A DNA stretch of 63,957 bases, filler included, from Octopus bimaculoides (GCF_001194135.2; 4 parts of 4 records of this genome joined end to end with filler, not necessarily neighbours in it); one strand, 5' to 3'. Positions 49,095 to 61,692 are shown, counted from the first letter of the whole stretch. Notes: generated by a model not told the origin, from the sequence alone. Translations and numbers: made by a program.

Positions 49095-49388
49095 TATTAT
49101 TTGCTCAGTATGTAGAAAAGGAGTAGGTAGTAACTCTATAAGATGTACCCGGTGCAAGCTATGGACACATAAGAGGTGCAGCAACATCAAAGGCAGGTTA
49201 ACTAGCAAGTTAGTTTTTGTTTGTGGCAGATGTTCAGGTGCAATAAAGACTGCAAACAAACAGGAAACAACTTCTATCTCATTCCAGGGTGAAAAACTAG
49301 AGGTAGTCGATAGCTTCCGCTATCTGGGCGACCAAGTTAGTAGTGGGGGTGGGTGCGCTGAAAGTGTAGCTGCTAGAATAAGAATAGC
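49095..49388 (+). mobile_element. RTE LINE RT C-terminal fragment with PHD-like Cys/His finger
   Basis: CSVCRKGVGSNSIRCTRCKLWTHKRCSNIKGRLTSKLVFVCGRCSG followed by LEVVDSFRYLGD..GGGCAESVAARIRI; ends at a gap. Confidence 0.9.
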
Positions 49389-50056
49389 NNNNNNNNNNNN
49401 NNNNNNNNNNNNNNNNNNNNNNNNNNNNNNNNNNNNNNNNNNNNNNNNNNNNNNNNNNNNNNNNNNNNNNNNNNNNNNNNNNNNNNNNNNNNNNNNNNNN
49501 NNNNNNNNNNNNNNNNNNNNNNNNNNNNNNNNNNNNNNNNNNNNNNNNNNNNNNNNNNNNNNNNNNNNNNNNNNNNNNNNNNNNNNNNNNNNNNNNNNNN
49601 NNNNNNNNNNNNNNNNNNNNNNNNNNNNNNNNNNNNNNNNNNNNNNNNNNNNNNNNNNNNNNNNNNNNNNNNNNNNNNNNNNNNNNNNNNNNNNNNNNNN
49701 NNNNNNNNNNNNNNNNNNNNNNNNNNNNNNNNNNNNNNNNNNNNNNNNNNNNNNNNNNNNNNNNNNNNNNNNNNNNNNNNNNNNNNNNNNNNNNNNNNNN
49801 NNNNNNNNNNNNNNNNNNNNNNNNNNNNNNNNNNNNNNNNNNNNNNNNNNNNNNNNNNNNNNNNNNNNNNNNNNNNNNNNNNNNNNNNNNNNNNNNNNNN
49901 NNNNNNNNNNNNNNNNNNNNNNNNNNNNNNNNNNNNNNNNNNNNNNNNNNNNNNNNNNNNNNNNNNNNNNNNNNNNNNNNNNNNNNNNNNNNNNNNNNNN
50001 NNNNNNNNNNNNNNNNNNNNNNNNNNNNNNNNNNNNNNNNNNNNNNNNNNNNNNNN

Positions 50057-50280
50057 TAAAAGACACCATTTCGAGCGTGGCCGTTTTCGTGCGGGTGACA
50101 CGTAAAAGCACCCACTACACTCTCTGAGTGGTTGGCGTTAGGAAGGGCATCCAGCTGTAGAAACTCTGCCAAATCAGACTGGAGCCTGGTGTTGCCATCC
50201 GGTTTCACCAGTCCTCAGTCAAATCGTCCAACCCATGCTAGCATGGAAAGCGGACGTTAAACGATGATGATGATGATGAT
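50057..50280 (+). mobile_element. RTE-related SINE 3' part with (GAT)n tail
   Basis: GTGACACGTAAAAGCACC..GGTTGGCGTTAGGAAGGGCATCCAGCTGTAGAAAC..CCCATGCTAGCATGGAAAGCGGACGTTAAAC(GAT)n. Confidence 0.8.
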
Positions 50281-50281
50281 G

Positions 50282-50321
<40 letters not shown>

Positions 50322-52064
50322 GAAGCCTTCTTTTCTTCCCACTCCCTATCTCACATGCGCACATATCGTATACAGACCAATTGCCTTTAAGTTTTCTATG
50401 TTAATCGGGTTAGTGCCTGGCTGTGAGAAAAATGGTGTGTTTATGGTGACATCATCAATACATGCAACGAAGAATATTCATGATCACTGCTTTTATCAAG
50501 TTGGTAACTAGGTCAAACATTTATTTTGTTCAAAAAACCATAGTTTTGAAAGCTATGCTTTTGTTTATTCTCAATTTTACTATTGATGTACAACTATCTC
50601 GCCATCAATTAAATCTATTTAAATAACCATCTTTTAAGGAAAACTGACCTTACTTCCACTCATCAAATATTTAACAGGGCTGTTTCAATGTATGTAAGTA
50701 GATGATTTGCTGGAAAGTTATGGTGAAGTGGATAGCATATAGCTAAATAAAAAGACAATAACTGTTACAAATTGGAGATAACTGTTGAGATACACTTTTG
50801 TTTGCAAATTAGTGGAGATACTTATTGATGATACGACAAACACGTATTCAAGAATGGTGACTCTCAGCTGATCCGTCTGGCTGTTGCCTGCACACGAGTA
50901 ATATCTCGAAAACTAAGTGATCAGTCTACAAATAAAAATAATTTTGAGAGTTTGCAAAAAATATACACCGTTCAAAACATGTGGATAGTTTTTAAAATCC
51001 ATTATGAAAAATAGCCATAAAACAATGAAAATAGACATGTTGAAAAGAAATTGTTTGTACGTTTATAAAGCTACCAGGAATTATTTCCCTTGAAAGTTAT
51101 CTCCCCTACAACTTATATTTCTTAGTAAGTTATCGGCAAGTGCGAGAGCCCTTTCAGTCAGACTGGATGTTTCAACGCATCTCCTTCGCCACCCTCTGGG
51201 TCAACGCATTTTCTACTTTTCTACAGGGACCATGAGTTACAGGAAATCGAGAGAATGTAAGAATTTCGTAGCTTACTACAGGGTAATAAACTTTTACAAC
51301 CCCTTACACAAAATATCAAGCGAAACCTCTATACACAATAACTTGTTCTTTAATTGCGAATATAAAATGAATTCAAAGTTGGCGTTTCATCTCAAGGTTG
51401 GCGTTTCATTCGTAATTCCTCTGGGGCCATTTTTTAAACCTCTCTCCTTTTAGAATGTATTATTTCGTAATGTATGTCTATGAACTAGAATGTTTGTATA
51501 TTTTAAAGCACTTTAATATTAACTATAGGAAATGTGATGTGTTATCTTTCATCCTGAGCAAGATTTCATATACTAACTCACTGCTGGCTAGATGACTTCT
51601 CACTCCAATTCTTCCTGTCTCTAGTTTCCTTTTTCGATGTAAAAATCATGTACGTGAGGCCTTGGTCAATTCGGGCACTCATCTTGATAGCTGACAAGAA
51701 CGAAATATCGAACCTTAAAATAAACGTTGCCGATTTTTCTCTCCTTCTCCCTTCATATGTAATGTAATTATTCGTGGACTTAACAACTCCTGTCACTATC
51801 TTTTCATCACCACTCTCCTCCTCCTCCTCCTCCTCCTCCTCCTCCTCCTCATCATCATCATCATCATCATCATCCGCCTCCTCCGACTCCTCCTCGAGCA
51901 TGAATTTTGAGGAATTGGGCAAATGATGCTCCAGGTGAGCGGTAGTATCTAATACCTACTTGTGTAACTATTTTACCTCCTGGCAAACGCCCCTGTAATC
52001 CTTCTTTTCAGGTGCTGAATACCGAACCCATCTCCCTGTTCACTCTTTTCACTCCTTCCGCATC

Positions 52065-54230
52065 CTCAGAGCTGGCACATTCAATGTAGGCACATTGAAA
52101 AGTAGGTCTGGTGAGATTGTTGAGATGCTAGAACGGAGGCGTGTAGATGTGTGTTCCATTGAAGAAGTAAGGTGGAGGGGAGCTTCAGCTTGGTTCTTCT
52201 TAAGTAAAAAAGAAAACAAAAAAAAACATAGGTATAAAATCTGGGAAGGTAATAATGATGGTGTGGGAGATGTGAGGCATGCTTTGAGCTAAGAAATGTG
52301 TCGATAGGGGGATTGAGGTTGCCATAGTGTGCGATAGGATACTTATGCTTCGACTAGTTTTCCGAAGCAGTTCGTTGACTGTTATTTCTGACTATGCTTC
52401 TCAACTTGGACAGCCAGACGACCAAAAAGATTGAATTTATAATACCCTTTTGCAAACTACCTCGATGACAAACGACAGAGACCTTATTTTTGTGGCTGAT
52501 GACTTTAATGGAAATGTTGGTCAGTATTCTGGTGGCTTCCATGCTGTGTATGGAGGCTATAGAGTTGATTCCCCTATTGAGGAGGGAACAAGGCTCCCGA
52601 AGTTTTCTTAGGCAAAATATTGGGTTGGTGCATTATTGCAGCTTTTTTTCAAGAAATTTTATTCAACAAGAACAATAACAATATTTAACAAAACATCTTT
52701 AAATGACGGTCTGACTGTCTGCCAAACAAACGGGAAGTGGTAATTGAAGTAGATAGTTAATATGCTCCGGAATAACCATTTAAAGATGTTTTTGTTACAT
52801 GTTGTTATTGTTTGTGTTGAATAAAATTTGTTTTAAAAAGAAGCCGCAATAATTATGTATCAACCCAATAACTAGGAAGAGAGTTAACTTGGATGCGATA
52901 CAGTTTGGTTCTGTGACAGACAGAAGCACTACTGATGCTACCTTCCTCGTAAAGTAACTGCAGGAGAAGCATTTAGCGAAAAATAGGTATTAGTCGATAT
53001 AGAGAAAGCTCTTGACAAGGTCGTTGATCTCTTCATATAGTGGCCGCTGCGGAAACAAGGAGAAGATGGGTGGTTGGTGAGAGCTGTCCAAGCCATGTAC
53101 AGGGATGTTGTCAAAAGGTGAAGATCAGCAATGAGTATAGCAACGAATTTAGCGTGCAGGTAGTTAGTTCACCAAGGCTCAGTTCTTAGCCTCTGATTGA
53201 TTATCATAGTCCTCTAGGCCATATCAGAAGAATTAAAAACTGATTACCCATTGGAACTTTTCTATGATGATGACCTTATTTTTATACTTGAATCTATAAT
53301 AGAATTAGATAAGAAATTTCAGGTATGGAAGCAAGGCTTGGAATGAAGGAGCCTTAGAGTTAATTTAGTAAAGACCAAAATACTAGTGAACAAGAACGCA
53401 GACAAATTACTAATTTCTTCAGGGCAATTTCCCTGCTCAATATATAGGGCAGTTGCAGGTAGAAATTCTATACAGCGTACCCAGTGCAAGCTATGGACAT
53501 ATAGGAAAGTGGGTTATACATCATTAGATGTATACCTGACTTTCCTATATAATATTAGAAATATAACGGAACGCTGAACTCCAGACTATCAACTTAAACA
53601 ACATTTATTCAGGTGGTAAATATATACATCTTTAGCTCTTGTTTGTTGTTACAGCTTCTGTGTGTGTGAGCATGGTTGTCGGGGCGTTGGTATATAGATG
53701 TAAGCGAGCTGTCGAGCGTAAGTTCGAAAGATGGAGAGAGACAGCTAAACACGTCCGTGCTCAATCACTGGCCAGCAAGAAAGAGACAGAATAGAANNNN
53801 NNNNNNCTCAATCACTGGCCAGCAAGAAAGAGACAGAATAGAAGCGGGAAAGCTTGCTTGTTGAATTCCACGCATGCGTGAGACTACGCATACGCACAGC
53901 GTTACTACAGACACATAAGAAGCGCAGTAGAATCACGGAAAGATTAACAGAGAAAGTAGTCTTTGTGTGTGAAAAATGTACGGGAACTATAAACACTAAG
54001 AATACACAGGAAATGCATTTCTTCCAGTGTCCAGGGGTATCCTTTCGAGGTAAAGTGGATGGCATTAGGAAGAGCATCTAACCATAGAAACCATGTCAAA
54101 ACAGACAGTAGAGCTTGGCGCAGTCTTCTGACTTACTAGCTACTCTCAAACGGTTCAACCAGTGCCAGCATGGAAAACAGATGTTAAATTATGATGATGA
54201 CGACGACGACGATGACGACGAAGACGATGA
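52065..54230 (+). mobile_element. Decayed, internally deleted RTE LINE (APE endonuclease, RT, PHD-like finger, tail)
   Basis: LRAGTFNVGTLKSRSGEIVEMLERRRVDVCSIEEVRW; DDFNGNVG; QFG..RSTTDATFLV..LQEK; DIEKALDKV; VHQGSVLS; LFYDDDL; LRVNLVKTK; FPCSIY..QCKLWT|HKK..FVCEKC; tail CCAGCATGGAAAACAGATGTTAAATTA(TGA)n. Many stops and frameshifts. Confidence 0.9.
53500..53909 (-). mobile_element. Solo LTR, family B, inserted in the RTE
   Basis: + strand termini TATAG (variant of TGTAG) ... CTACA; TSD GACA at 53496-53499 and 53910-53913; AATAAA on the - strand. Confidence 0.9.
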
Positions 54231-54729
54231 TGAAAATGCAGTTTGGCTTTATACCTGGGAGAAATATTACCGATACCATCTTCTTAGTGAGACAATTACA
54301 GAAGTACTTAGACACGCTTAAACACTTATAGCTGCCCTAGAGAAGCCTTTAATTCCCATTTCTATGATCTGGTGGGTACCGATTGCTATAGCTTTAGATG
54401 AATGGCTTTTGACAGCCGTACAAATCATGTAGAGGGGTGCAGTTAGCAAGGCGAAACTTATTAATCGGTTCATCAACAAATTTAGTGGCTAGAGTGTGGC
54501 TCATCAAGTTTCTATCCTGAGCCTGTTCCAATTCATTAAAGCCATCTGAACCATAAAAGAGGAGTTTCAGACCAGCTGTACGTGGAGCTTTTCTCTGCTG
54601 AGAATTTAGTTCTTATATCCGAATCAGCGGAGGATTTATAGGAGCAAAACCTAGAATTGAGAGGCTTCTAGATAATTTAGCAACGACTAAAGCGTTAATT
54701 GGGAGGACAGAAAGTAGGATTCTGAAAAT

Positions 54730-54865
54730 GTAAGAGAAATGGCATGAAATGGCCATACTCGATGTGCAGGAAAGATGTAGATGGGAACTCTATCTGTAAA
54801 TCTGTGTAAACTATGGACACACGAGAGTTTCATTAAGATGACTGGCAGACTAAAAGAGAAAGCTA
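54730..54865 (+). mobile_element. Third RTE PHD-like finger fragment
   Basis: KWPYSMCRKDVDGNSIC..CKLWTHESFIKMTGRLKEK. Confidence 0.7.
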
Positions 54866-55560
54866 AAGAACTGTTACTGAACACCTCTCTTTGAGAAATT
54901 TAGAAATAATGATGTTTCTATTTATTAGATCAGTGATTATGTTTCACTTTGAAAACTAAAATTTTCGTTCGGGAATTCAGCAGTACCATCTAGCCAAGCA
55001 ACTACTCTGTGTTAATGAAGAGAAATAACCCAGGAACCGGTTCACAGATGCTGCTTTGTGCTGGATGGGGATGCTGGACTCCCTATTCGAAAATATAAGG
55101 ACACAGAAAGTGTGTCGTATAGCCAGCTGTAAACGATGCTTCCTGGCGCTAATCAACAGTACCAATCGTCCCTTTCAGCTCAACCACCTTATGGTGGAAA
55201 ATAATCTTTACTTTAAAGAACTGTTACTGAATATCTCTCTCTTTGAGAGATTTAGAAATAATAATGTTTCTATTTATTAGATCAGTGATTGTGTGTCACT
55301 TTGAAAACTATATATTTTTGAACGGGAATTCAGCAGCGCCGCCTAGCCAAGCATCTATTCTGTGTTGATAAAGAGCAATAACCCAGAAACTGGTCCACAG
55401 ATGTTACTTTGTGCTGGATGGGAGTGCCGGACACTCCCTATTCAAAAACATAAGTACACAGAAAGTGTGTCATATAGCCAGCTGGAAACGATGTTTCCTG
55501 AGACTAAACGACAGTAATAATCGTCTCTTCCAGGACAGCCACATTATGGTGGAAAATAGT
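54864..55560. repeat. Two-copy 350-bp tandem duplication of an unclassified repeat
   Basis: TAAAGAACTGTTACTGAA.. at 54864 and 55214; a more diverged partial copy lies at about 29770-29900. Confidence 0.85.
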
Positions 55561-55564
55561 TTTT

Positions 55565-56310
55565 ACTAATACCAATTCGTTCTTAGGAAATCTTGTGTGA
55601 TTAGGAATAAGAAGCTTCTAGCTACTTTGATGGATACATCGGAATTGAATGACGGATTAAACCGGATTACCTTTCTCTTTTTAAAACTTTTTTCAGGTTA
55701 GAGGCGTTCCTCCATATACAATCACTTACCAGTAAAGCTACTTCTTGCTAGTGCCTTGTTATGAATGGGTGTGGTTCATTCGAAGATCTCACTGTCTACC
55801 GATAGTATGGAGATTCTCCAGGTGGTTCCTGTGGCCATGTTTCTAATTAGAGCTAGAGTGTGGTTGGAATATTTATGGATATAAACAGTTTATTCGTCAG
55901 TTTTTTTTTTTGTAGAGGTAATACCTGTCTAATTTGAAGTCTATGGCGATGTCCAAGAGGTCAGCATTTAAGTTGGTGGTAACAGTTATACTTAAGCCGG
56001 ATTCTTTGAAGTTATTTATAAAATTCTTTGCGAACTTATCCATTGCATGGTCGTTCATATGACTTAAAATTACCAAGCCATCATCTCTGTGCAGGGTTGA
56101 AATTTGGTGATGTATACAATCTTTGAGGGCACCCAGGATAAATAACTGAACGTGTTTAGTATCAAACGGTGGTTCCCTTCCTCTATTTTTAAAACGGCGA
56201 AATTTGAGTGTGACGAAAAGCAATAATCAGTAATGCTGAAAAGAACTTTGGAAGAATATAATTTCCGAATGATTTCTTCTACTGTTCGATAGAAATTATT
56301 ACGTACCATT
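55565..56310 (-). mobile_element. Penelope-like element relic, RT core/thumb
   Basis: Minus strand: NFYRTV.., LHRDDGL (YRDD-type site), GLSITVTTN..LLDI, YIHKYSNH..RISILSVDSEIF..KAL..KRKVIRFNPSFN..SFLFLITQDF. Confidence 0.9.
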
Positions 56311-56329
56311 CTTCAGGTTTGAGTTTACT

Positions 56330-57150
56330 TTATATCAATTACACGGAGAGTGAATGGCAAAAACAATATTTTTATGTTGATATTGATTTTCAAGAGAAAA
56401 CAATTTTTTATAAAAGAATCTTTTTTGGATTTATCCAGTGAAAACGGAAGAATGTTGAAAATATAGAAGCAATTTAAGAACAATTTGTAAATGCTGATCG
56501 AAGACTATCGATCTGTGTGTTATGACAATGCTGCTCTTATGGCTACTTGTAAAAGTGGTCTTCAACAAAGGCTTACTGAAAAAATTGCAAACCTACTTTA
56601 GTAAACTGCGATAATCATTCTCTCAATTTGGTTGGAGTGTAAGTTGTTAACTATAATGTATTCCTGGAGCCAACGCGTCGGCAAAAGCTGAAAGATGCCA
56701 TAACAATAATTGTCAAATCAAAATTCGATTGAGTTTCAGAACAGAGATTAAGAAACCACTTCATGAATGTTTTGATATCAGATTGGAATCTATGTAAAAC
56801 ATACTAATACATGTGATGAAGAGAGGCCGATATTGAATCAAATTTTCAATTCTAGTTTCTTGGTTTTGCTCAGATTTAGAGAAAAAAGCCTTTATTCAAT
56901 TTAACCCTTTTGAAAATGGCTTGAAGATCAAACCACGAACTTACTACAAGCTATTTGTGGTTTTAAATCGTTCAATGTTAATTTTTTAAGTAATCAAGAA
57001 TTATTGATCAATGAGACACAAAGATAGGCTGGAACTATGTGATGAATAGGATATTCAAGAAGAAAGACGATTCAGAAAGGAGAAGAATGCCTTATGAAAA
57101 AGCCAAGGACGTAGAGTTTGACTGCGAAAGAAGGAAAGTGTAAATAATGA
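56330..57150 (+). mobile_element. hAT transposase relic
   Basis: FYVDIDFQEK..IKESFL..; CYDNAALMA..SGLQQRL..; NCDNHSLNLVGV; RRRMPYEKAKDV, broken by frameshifts. Confidence 0.8.
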
Positions 57151-57234
57151 AGAAAATATGACGGTCTCCGTAATGAAATACACATACATACATGCATACA
57201 TACATACATACATACATACATACATACATACATA

Positions 57235-57754
57235 AGCCACTCATAATAAAAAGGAATACTGGTGGAATGTCCCAGTGAGGACCTCAATAAAATGTAAGCA
57301 CAACAGACCTAATTTAATGATTTGGGATAGAGAAATGAAACTGTACACAGTTGTGGAAAATAGCTGCCCAGTGGATGTTAACATGAAGCTGAAGATCAGT
57401 GAAAAAGAGAATACTTATGCTGAACCATTGAGAAATCTGCAGTTACTCTATTCAGATTACTAGTTCAGGTTTATAAATGTAATCTTTGGGGTACTGCGAT
57501 GTGTAACATACTGCCTAAATACCAATCTTGAGAAATTAGGCTTCTTAAAACCAGAAAGGAGAAAGCTAATTCGAAGACTACAGATCCAATCCATCACTGG
57601 GACTGTAAAAATCTGTAAAACTTTCCAGAAGTTTATGATTTAAATATATATGAGCATGTCTAGATATGCAACTATATGCATGAGAATACATACATAAAGC
57701 AAAACATACAAATCTGCACACATACATACATACATACATACATACATACATACA

Positions 57755-57787
<33 letters not shown>

Positions 57788-57960
57788 GCATACATACACA
57801 TACATGCATACATACATGCATACATACATAAAAACAAAGATACCCTGTTGTTGATGCTGAAATTCCAATGAAGGAGTCTTAGATCTAGGTTGGAAACCGT
57901 TTCTTTCCCTATTGACAAGAAATCTTGAAATAAAACTGAACAATGACACACATCCAGATA
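57235..57960 (+). mobile_element. RLE-type (R4/NeSL-like) non-LTR retrotransposon 3' end in a (TACA)n context
   Basis: EYWWNVPVRTSIKCKHNRPNLMIWDREMKLYTVVENSCPVDVNMKLKISEKENTY..FRFINVIFGVL..LQIQSITGTVKICKTF (one internal stop; terminal stop 57641-57643). TACA runs on both sides. Confidence 0.85.
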
Positions 57961-58454
57961 ACATACATACATACATACATACATACATACATACATACAC
58001 CAACAGTTGGAAAACTGAAGTTTTTACAGTCCTTTGTCCCGAGTTTCGTGTTGCAGTTTTTTGAAAATAATATTTTGCCTTTGTTTTTAAAAATAACTTT
58101 TTGATTGATACAGTTATAAGCGTTTGGCGATACAAAGTAGATAATAGGAGGGAAATCACCTCACCGAAGTTAAAGAAAGTTACATTTCCTTCAGCAATGG
58201 AGATAGTATATTCTTTATTTCTAGAAAGATTTAAAGAATTCTGTCATGGCTTTAAATCTCATTCTTGGCTCAAAATAAAGTACTATGCATATAATTTGTC
58301 CGTAATCTGACTATGATTATATGAAAAGTAACTTTACTGAATAAATGGATTCCAATATCGAAGACACATCAAGACTAGAGATAGAAATGATTCCAGGATT
58401 TGGAATGAAATTATTGAACCATATAGTATTAGCCACAGATTCCAGTACCAGGCT

Positions 58455-58555
58455 TTTAAAAAAATAAGTTCTGGGGTCAATTCATTCGACTAAATATTCT
58501 TCAAGGCAGTGCTCCAGCATGGCCGCAGTTTAATGACTGAAACAAATAAAAGATA
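58455..58555 (+). mobile_element. SINE family A, 3' tail
   Basis: AAAATAAGTTCTGGGGTC..GCAGTGCTCCAGCATGGCCGCAGTTTAATGACTGAAACAAATAAAAGA. Confidence 0.85.
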
Positions 58556-58820
58556 TATACACTCCTACTTCTGATATCCAAAGAAGCTATTGGATTCTGA
58601 AATGCGTACTTCTTTTTGCATACTTATAGATAAATTCTACATTTTCAAAGTTTCGAATAAATATATTGGAATAATATTCCTATTGATTGCATCATCATCA
58701 TTTGTATAGATACTTGTAAATAGATAAATTACACTATAGAATAATTAATAGAAACATTTAATATATCATTCTTGAGTTGAGCCGTTTCGAACACATTAAT
58801 CTTATAATAATTCTGCTTGT

Positions 58821-59034
58821 CAAAGGTGGCGAGCTGGCAGAAATGTTAGCACGCCGGGCGAAATGCTTAGCAGTATTTCGTCTGTCTTTACGTTCTGAGT
58901 TCAAATTCCGCCGAGGTTGACTTTGCTTTCATCCTTTCAGGGTCGTTAAATTAAATACCAGTTGCGTACTGGGTCGATCTAATCGAATGCTCCCCTCCCC
59001 CAAAATTTCGGGCCTTGTGCCTTGAGTAGAAAAG
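58821..59034 (+). mobile_element. SINE family B, full length with 15-bp TSD
   Basis: TSD AATAATTCTGCTTGT at 58806-58820 and 59035-59049. Confidence 0.95.
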
Positions 59035-59117
59035 AATAATTCTGCTTGTTACTCCGTTAAAGAGGAGTAAGGCGATGAGGGGGAAAGTGCTGTGTATTAA
59101 GTCTATAAAATTGAGCG

Positions 59118-59562
59118 TAACTACAGAGTTGTACCCACCAGACTTTGGAAGGTCATAACTTTCAGAAAAATGAATATTTTTTAATGAAATTTTCTATGNN
59201 NNNNNNNNNNNNNNNNNNNNNNNNNNNNNNNNNNNNNNNNNNNNNNNNNNNNNNNNNNNNNNNNNNNNNNNNNNNNNNNNNNNNNNNNNNNNNNNNNNNN
59301 NNNNNNNNNNNNNNNNNNNNNGTCCATATTTGTTTCATTTTTCTCTATTATGTGCGTATGTGCATCCGTAGATTTCTAATGAAGTAATACGCAGAAAAGA
59401 GAAGCCGTCATAAGAAAACTTACGTTAAAAACAACATGCACACGATTTTTTTCTCTCAATAGAAGTAAATTCCAAAGTAAACGTTTCTAGTAGAGAAGTA
59501 GAAGAGAACAGAAGCAGCGTATTACTTCATTACAAAGTCTGGTGGGTACAACTCTGTAGTTA
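59118..59562. mobile_element. Tc1/mariner-type MITE (contains a gap)
   Basis: Perfect 30-bp inverted repeat TAACTACAGAGTTGTACCCACCAGACTTTG (59118-59147) / CAAAGTCTGGTGGGTACAACTCTGTAGTTA (59533-59562). Confidence 0.85.
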
Positions 59563-59805
59563 TGCCTAAAATTGTGCATAAAGTGTATATATAAAGTGCA
59601 TTAAGTAATCATCGTGTTCCAATTTCCTTCACTTTTCAATGAGTAGCAGATGAGCGGCTATCTTTTGACACAACACAGGCTACACTTTCAGGTTTTTCGG
59701 ATAAAGTTTTCAGAAATAACCCAATAAGTTTACCATTAATTCCGTGAAATATTCACGGATCCGGCTAATGTAAATATAATAAATATGTCAGCGATTCCTG
59801 AATAG

Positions 59806-59855
<50 letters not shown>

Positions 59856-60679
59856 CCTCTCTCTCTCATTTACACCCTGAATAAGTGCGCGCGCGCGCGA
59901 GTATGTGTGTGCGTGCGTGCCTCTGTGTGGGTGTGTATGCATACAAATGACACAACACAAGTAATATTAAGAGGCAAAGAAGAGACAAAAAAAAAAACCC
60001 AAATAATAGGCTGAGTCAGACAAGCGAAAGCATGTGTATGAAAAAGTGTAGAAATATAAAACGAAAATGACAATCAAAGAAGTGTACAATGAAGTTAAAT
60101 ACTCCAATGCAAGAAACAGAAGAGAACTAACAATGATACTTTTGATCAAAGAAAAGAAAAAACAAATGAGAAGCAAGAGGCAGAAAAAAACAAATGTATG
60201 ATATTCGCTATACGACATCAGTTTTCGTGGCAGATTAGACGTAGAACGAAAGCTGTAAGTAGAATAGAATGATCGGAATTAGAGACATAATGTAGGCTAC
60301 AGTGAGATTAATTAGGGAAAGATAAATGGAGTGAGAGAGAAAAGGGATAGAAAGGGGGAGAAAAATGAGAAAGTGATGAAGAGGGTGAAAAATTAAGGAA
60401 ATGACTAGCAAGGGGGAGTGACGCGTGGTTGTGTAGGATATATATATATATATATANNNNNNNNNNNNNNNNNNNNNNNNNNNNNNNNNNNNNNNNNNNN
60501 TTAATTAATTAANNNNNNNNNNNNNNNNNNNNNNNNNNNNNNNNNNNNNNNNNNNNATATATATGAATACACACACACACACGCATACACACACACACAC
60601 ATATGTGCATATATACACACACAATTATAGATAGATAGACAGACGGATGAATATATACATACATACATGCATACATACA

Positions 60680-60713
<34 letters not shown>

Positions 60714-60892
60714 CAGACAAACCTACATACATACATAGATATACAGATATCTAAATTTATATGAATACCTATGTGTCTATGTGTATGTGTGTGTGTGTGT
60801 GTGTTTGTGAGGGATAGAGAGTGTGTGTGAGAGAAACAAAGTGAGTGAGTGTGCATCTGTTTTGCGTATAAATCACTCTCCGTCTCTCCCTG

Positions 60893-60959
<67 letters not shown>

Positions 60960-61692
60960 TTCTTTACATTTGTGCAGATATAGGTGTGTATATTGCACTT
61001 TCTGTACGTCTGTGTGTAAATCTATGCAAGTTGTCCTTCCTGTATGCCCTTCAACATTCTTACACTTGTACATCTCCAGTTCCATTTTAGTGAACACATA
61101 GACGCATGTAATGACAGGGATGTTTTTATTCCATCTCTCTTCTGCATCTGTTTCTACGTTCTCTCTCTGTTCTCTCTCTCTTTCTCTTCCTCTGTCGCTC
61201 ACTTTCTCTTCCTCTTAATCTATGTCTGCGTTATCGTTTCCCTCTTCCCTTCCCTTCCTTCTTTCTTCCCTCCATTTTTGTTTGTCTTCTCTCTGTTTAG
61301 CTCACTCTATAATTAAATCTATACCATAGTTTCATGTATCCCAATGGATACAAAACATCCTCCATGGAATTATAGCCGAGGTAGCAATGGGAAATGTAAT
61401 TATAGACTTACACAGAAAAGTTAAAAAAACAAAACCAAAATGAAAAATAAAAAAAATGTAAAAGAAATAATAAATTAAAAAAGAATTTTTAAACTACAGC
61501 AAAAAAGTAAAAATGCAAATCTAACAGAACCAGGTCGCGGAATCAGTCGATCGGAATTGAACTTACTTCCTTCCGATATCATCCATCATGTGTTAACTGT
61601 GTTTTACCATTAATCAGCTCTGATCGAGTAGACACACGATTAAATGCTTTCCATTCTTGGACATTCACGTCTTGTACGTCCGACTATATTGA

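Noticed and set aside
53762-53840. Duplicated CTCAATCACTGGCCAGCAAGAAAGAGACAGAATAGAA
   Set aside because: Identical copies either side of 10 Ns and absent from the homologous LTR at 30.3 kb; a contig-overlap artefact.
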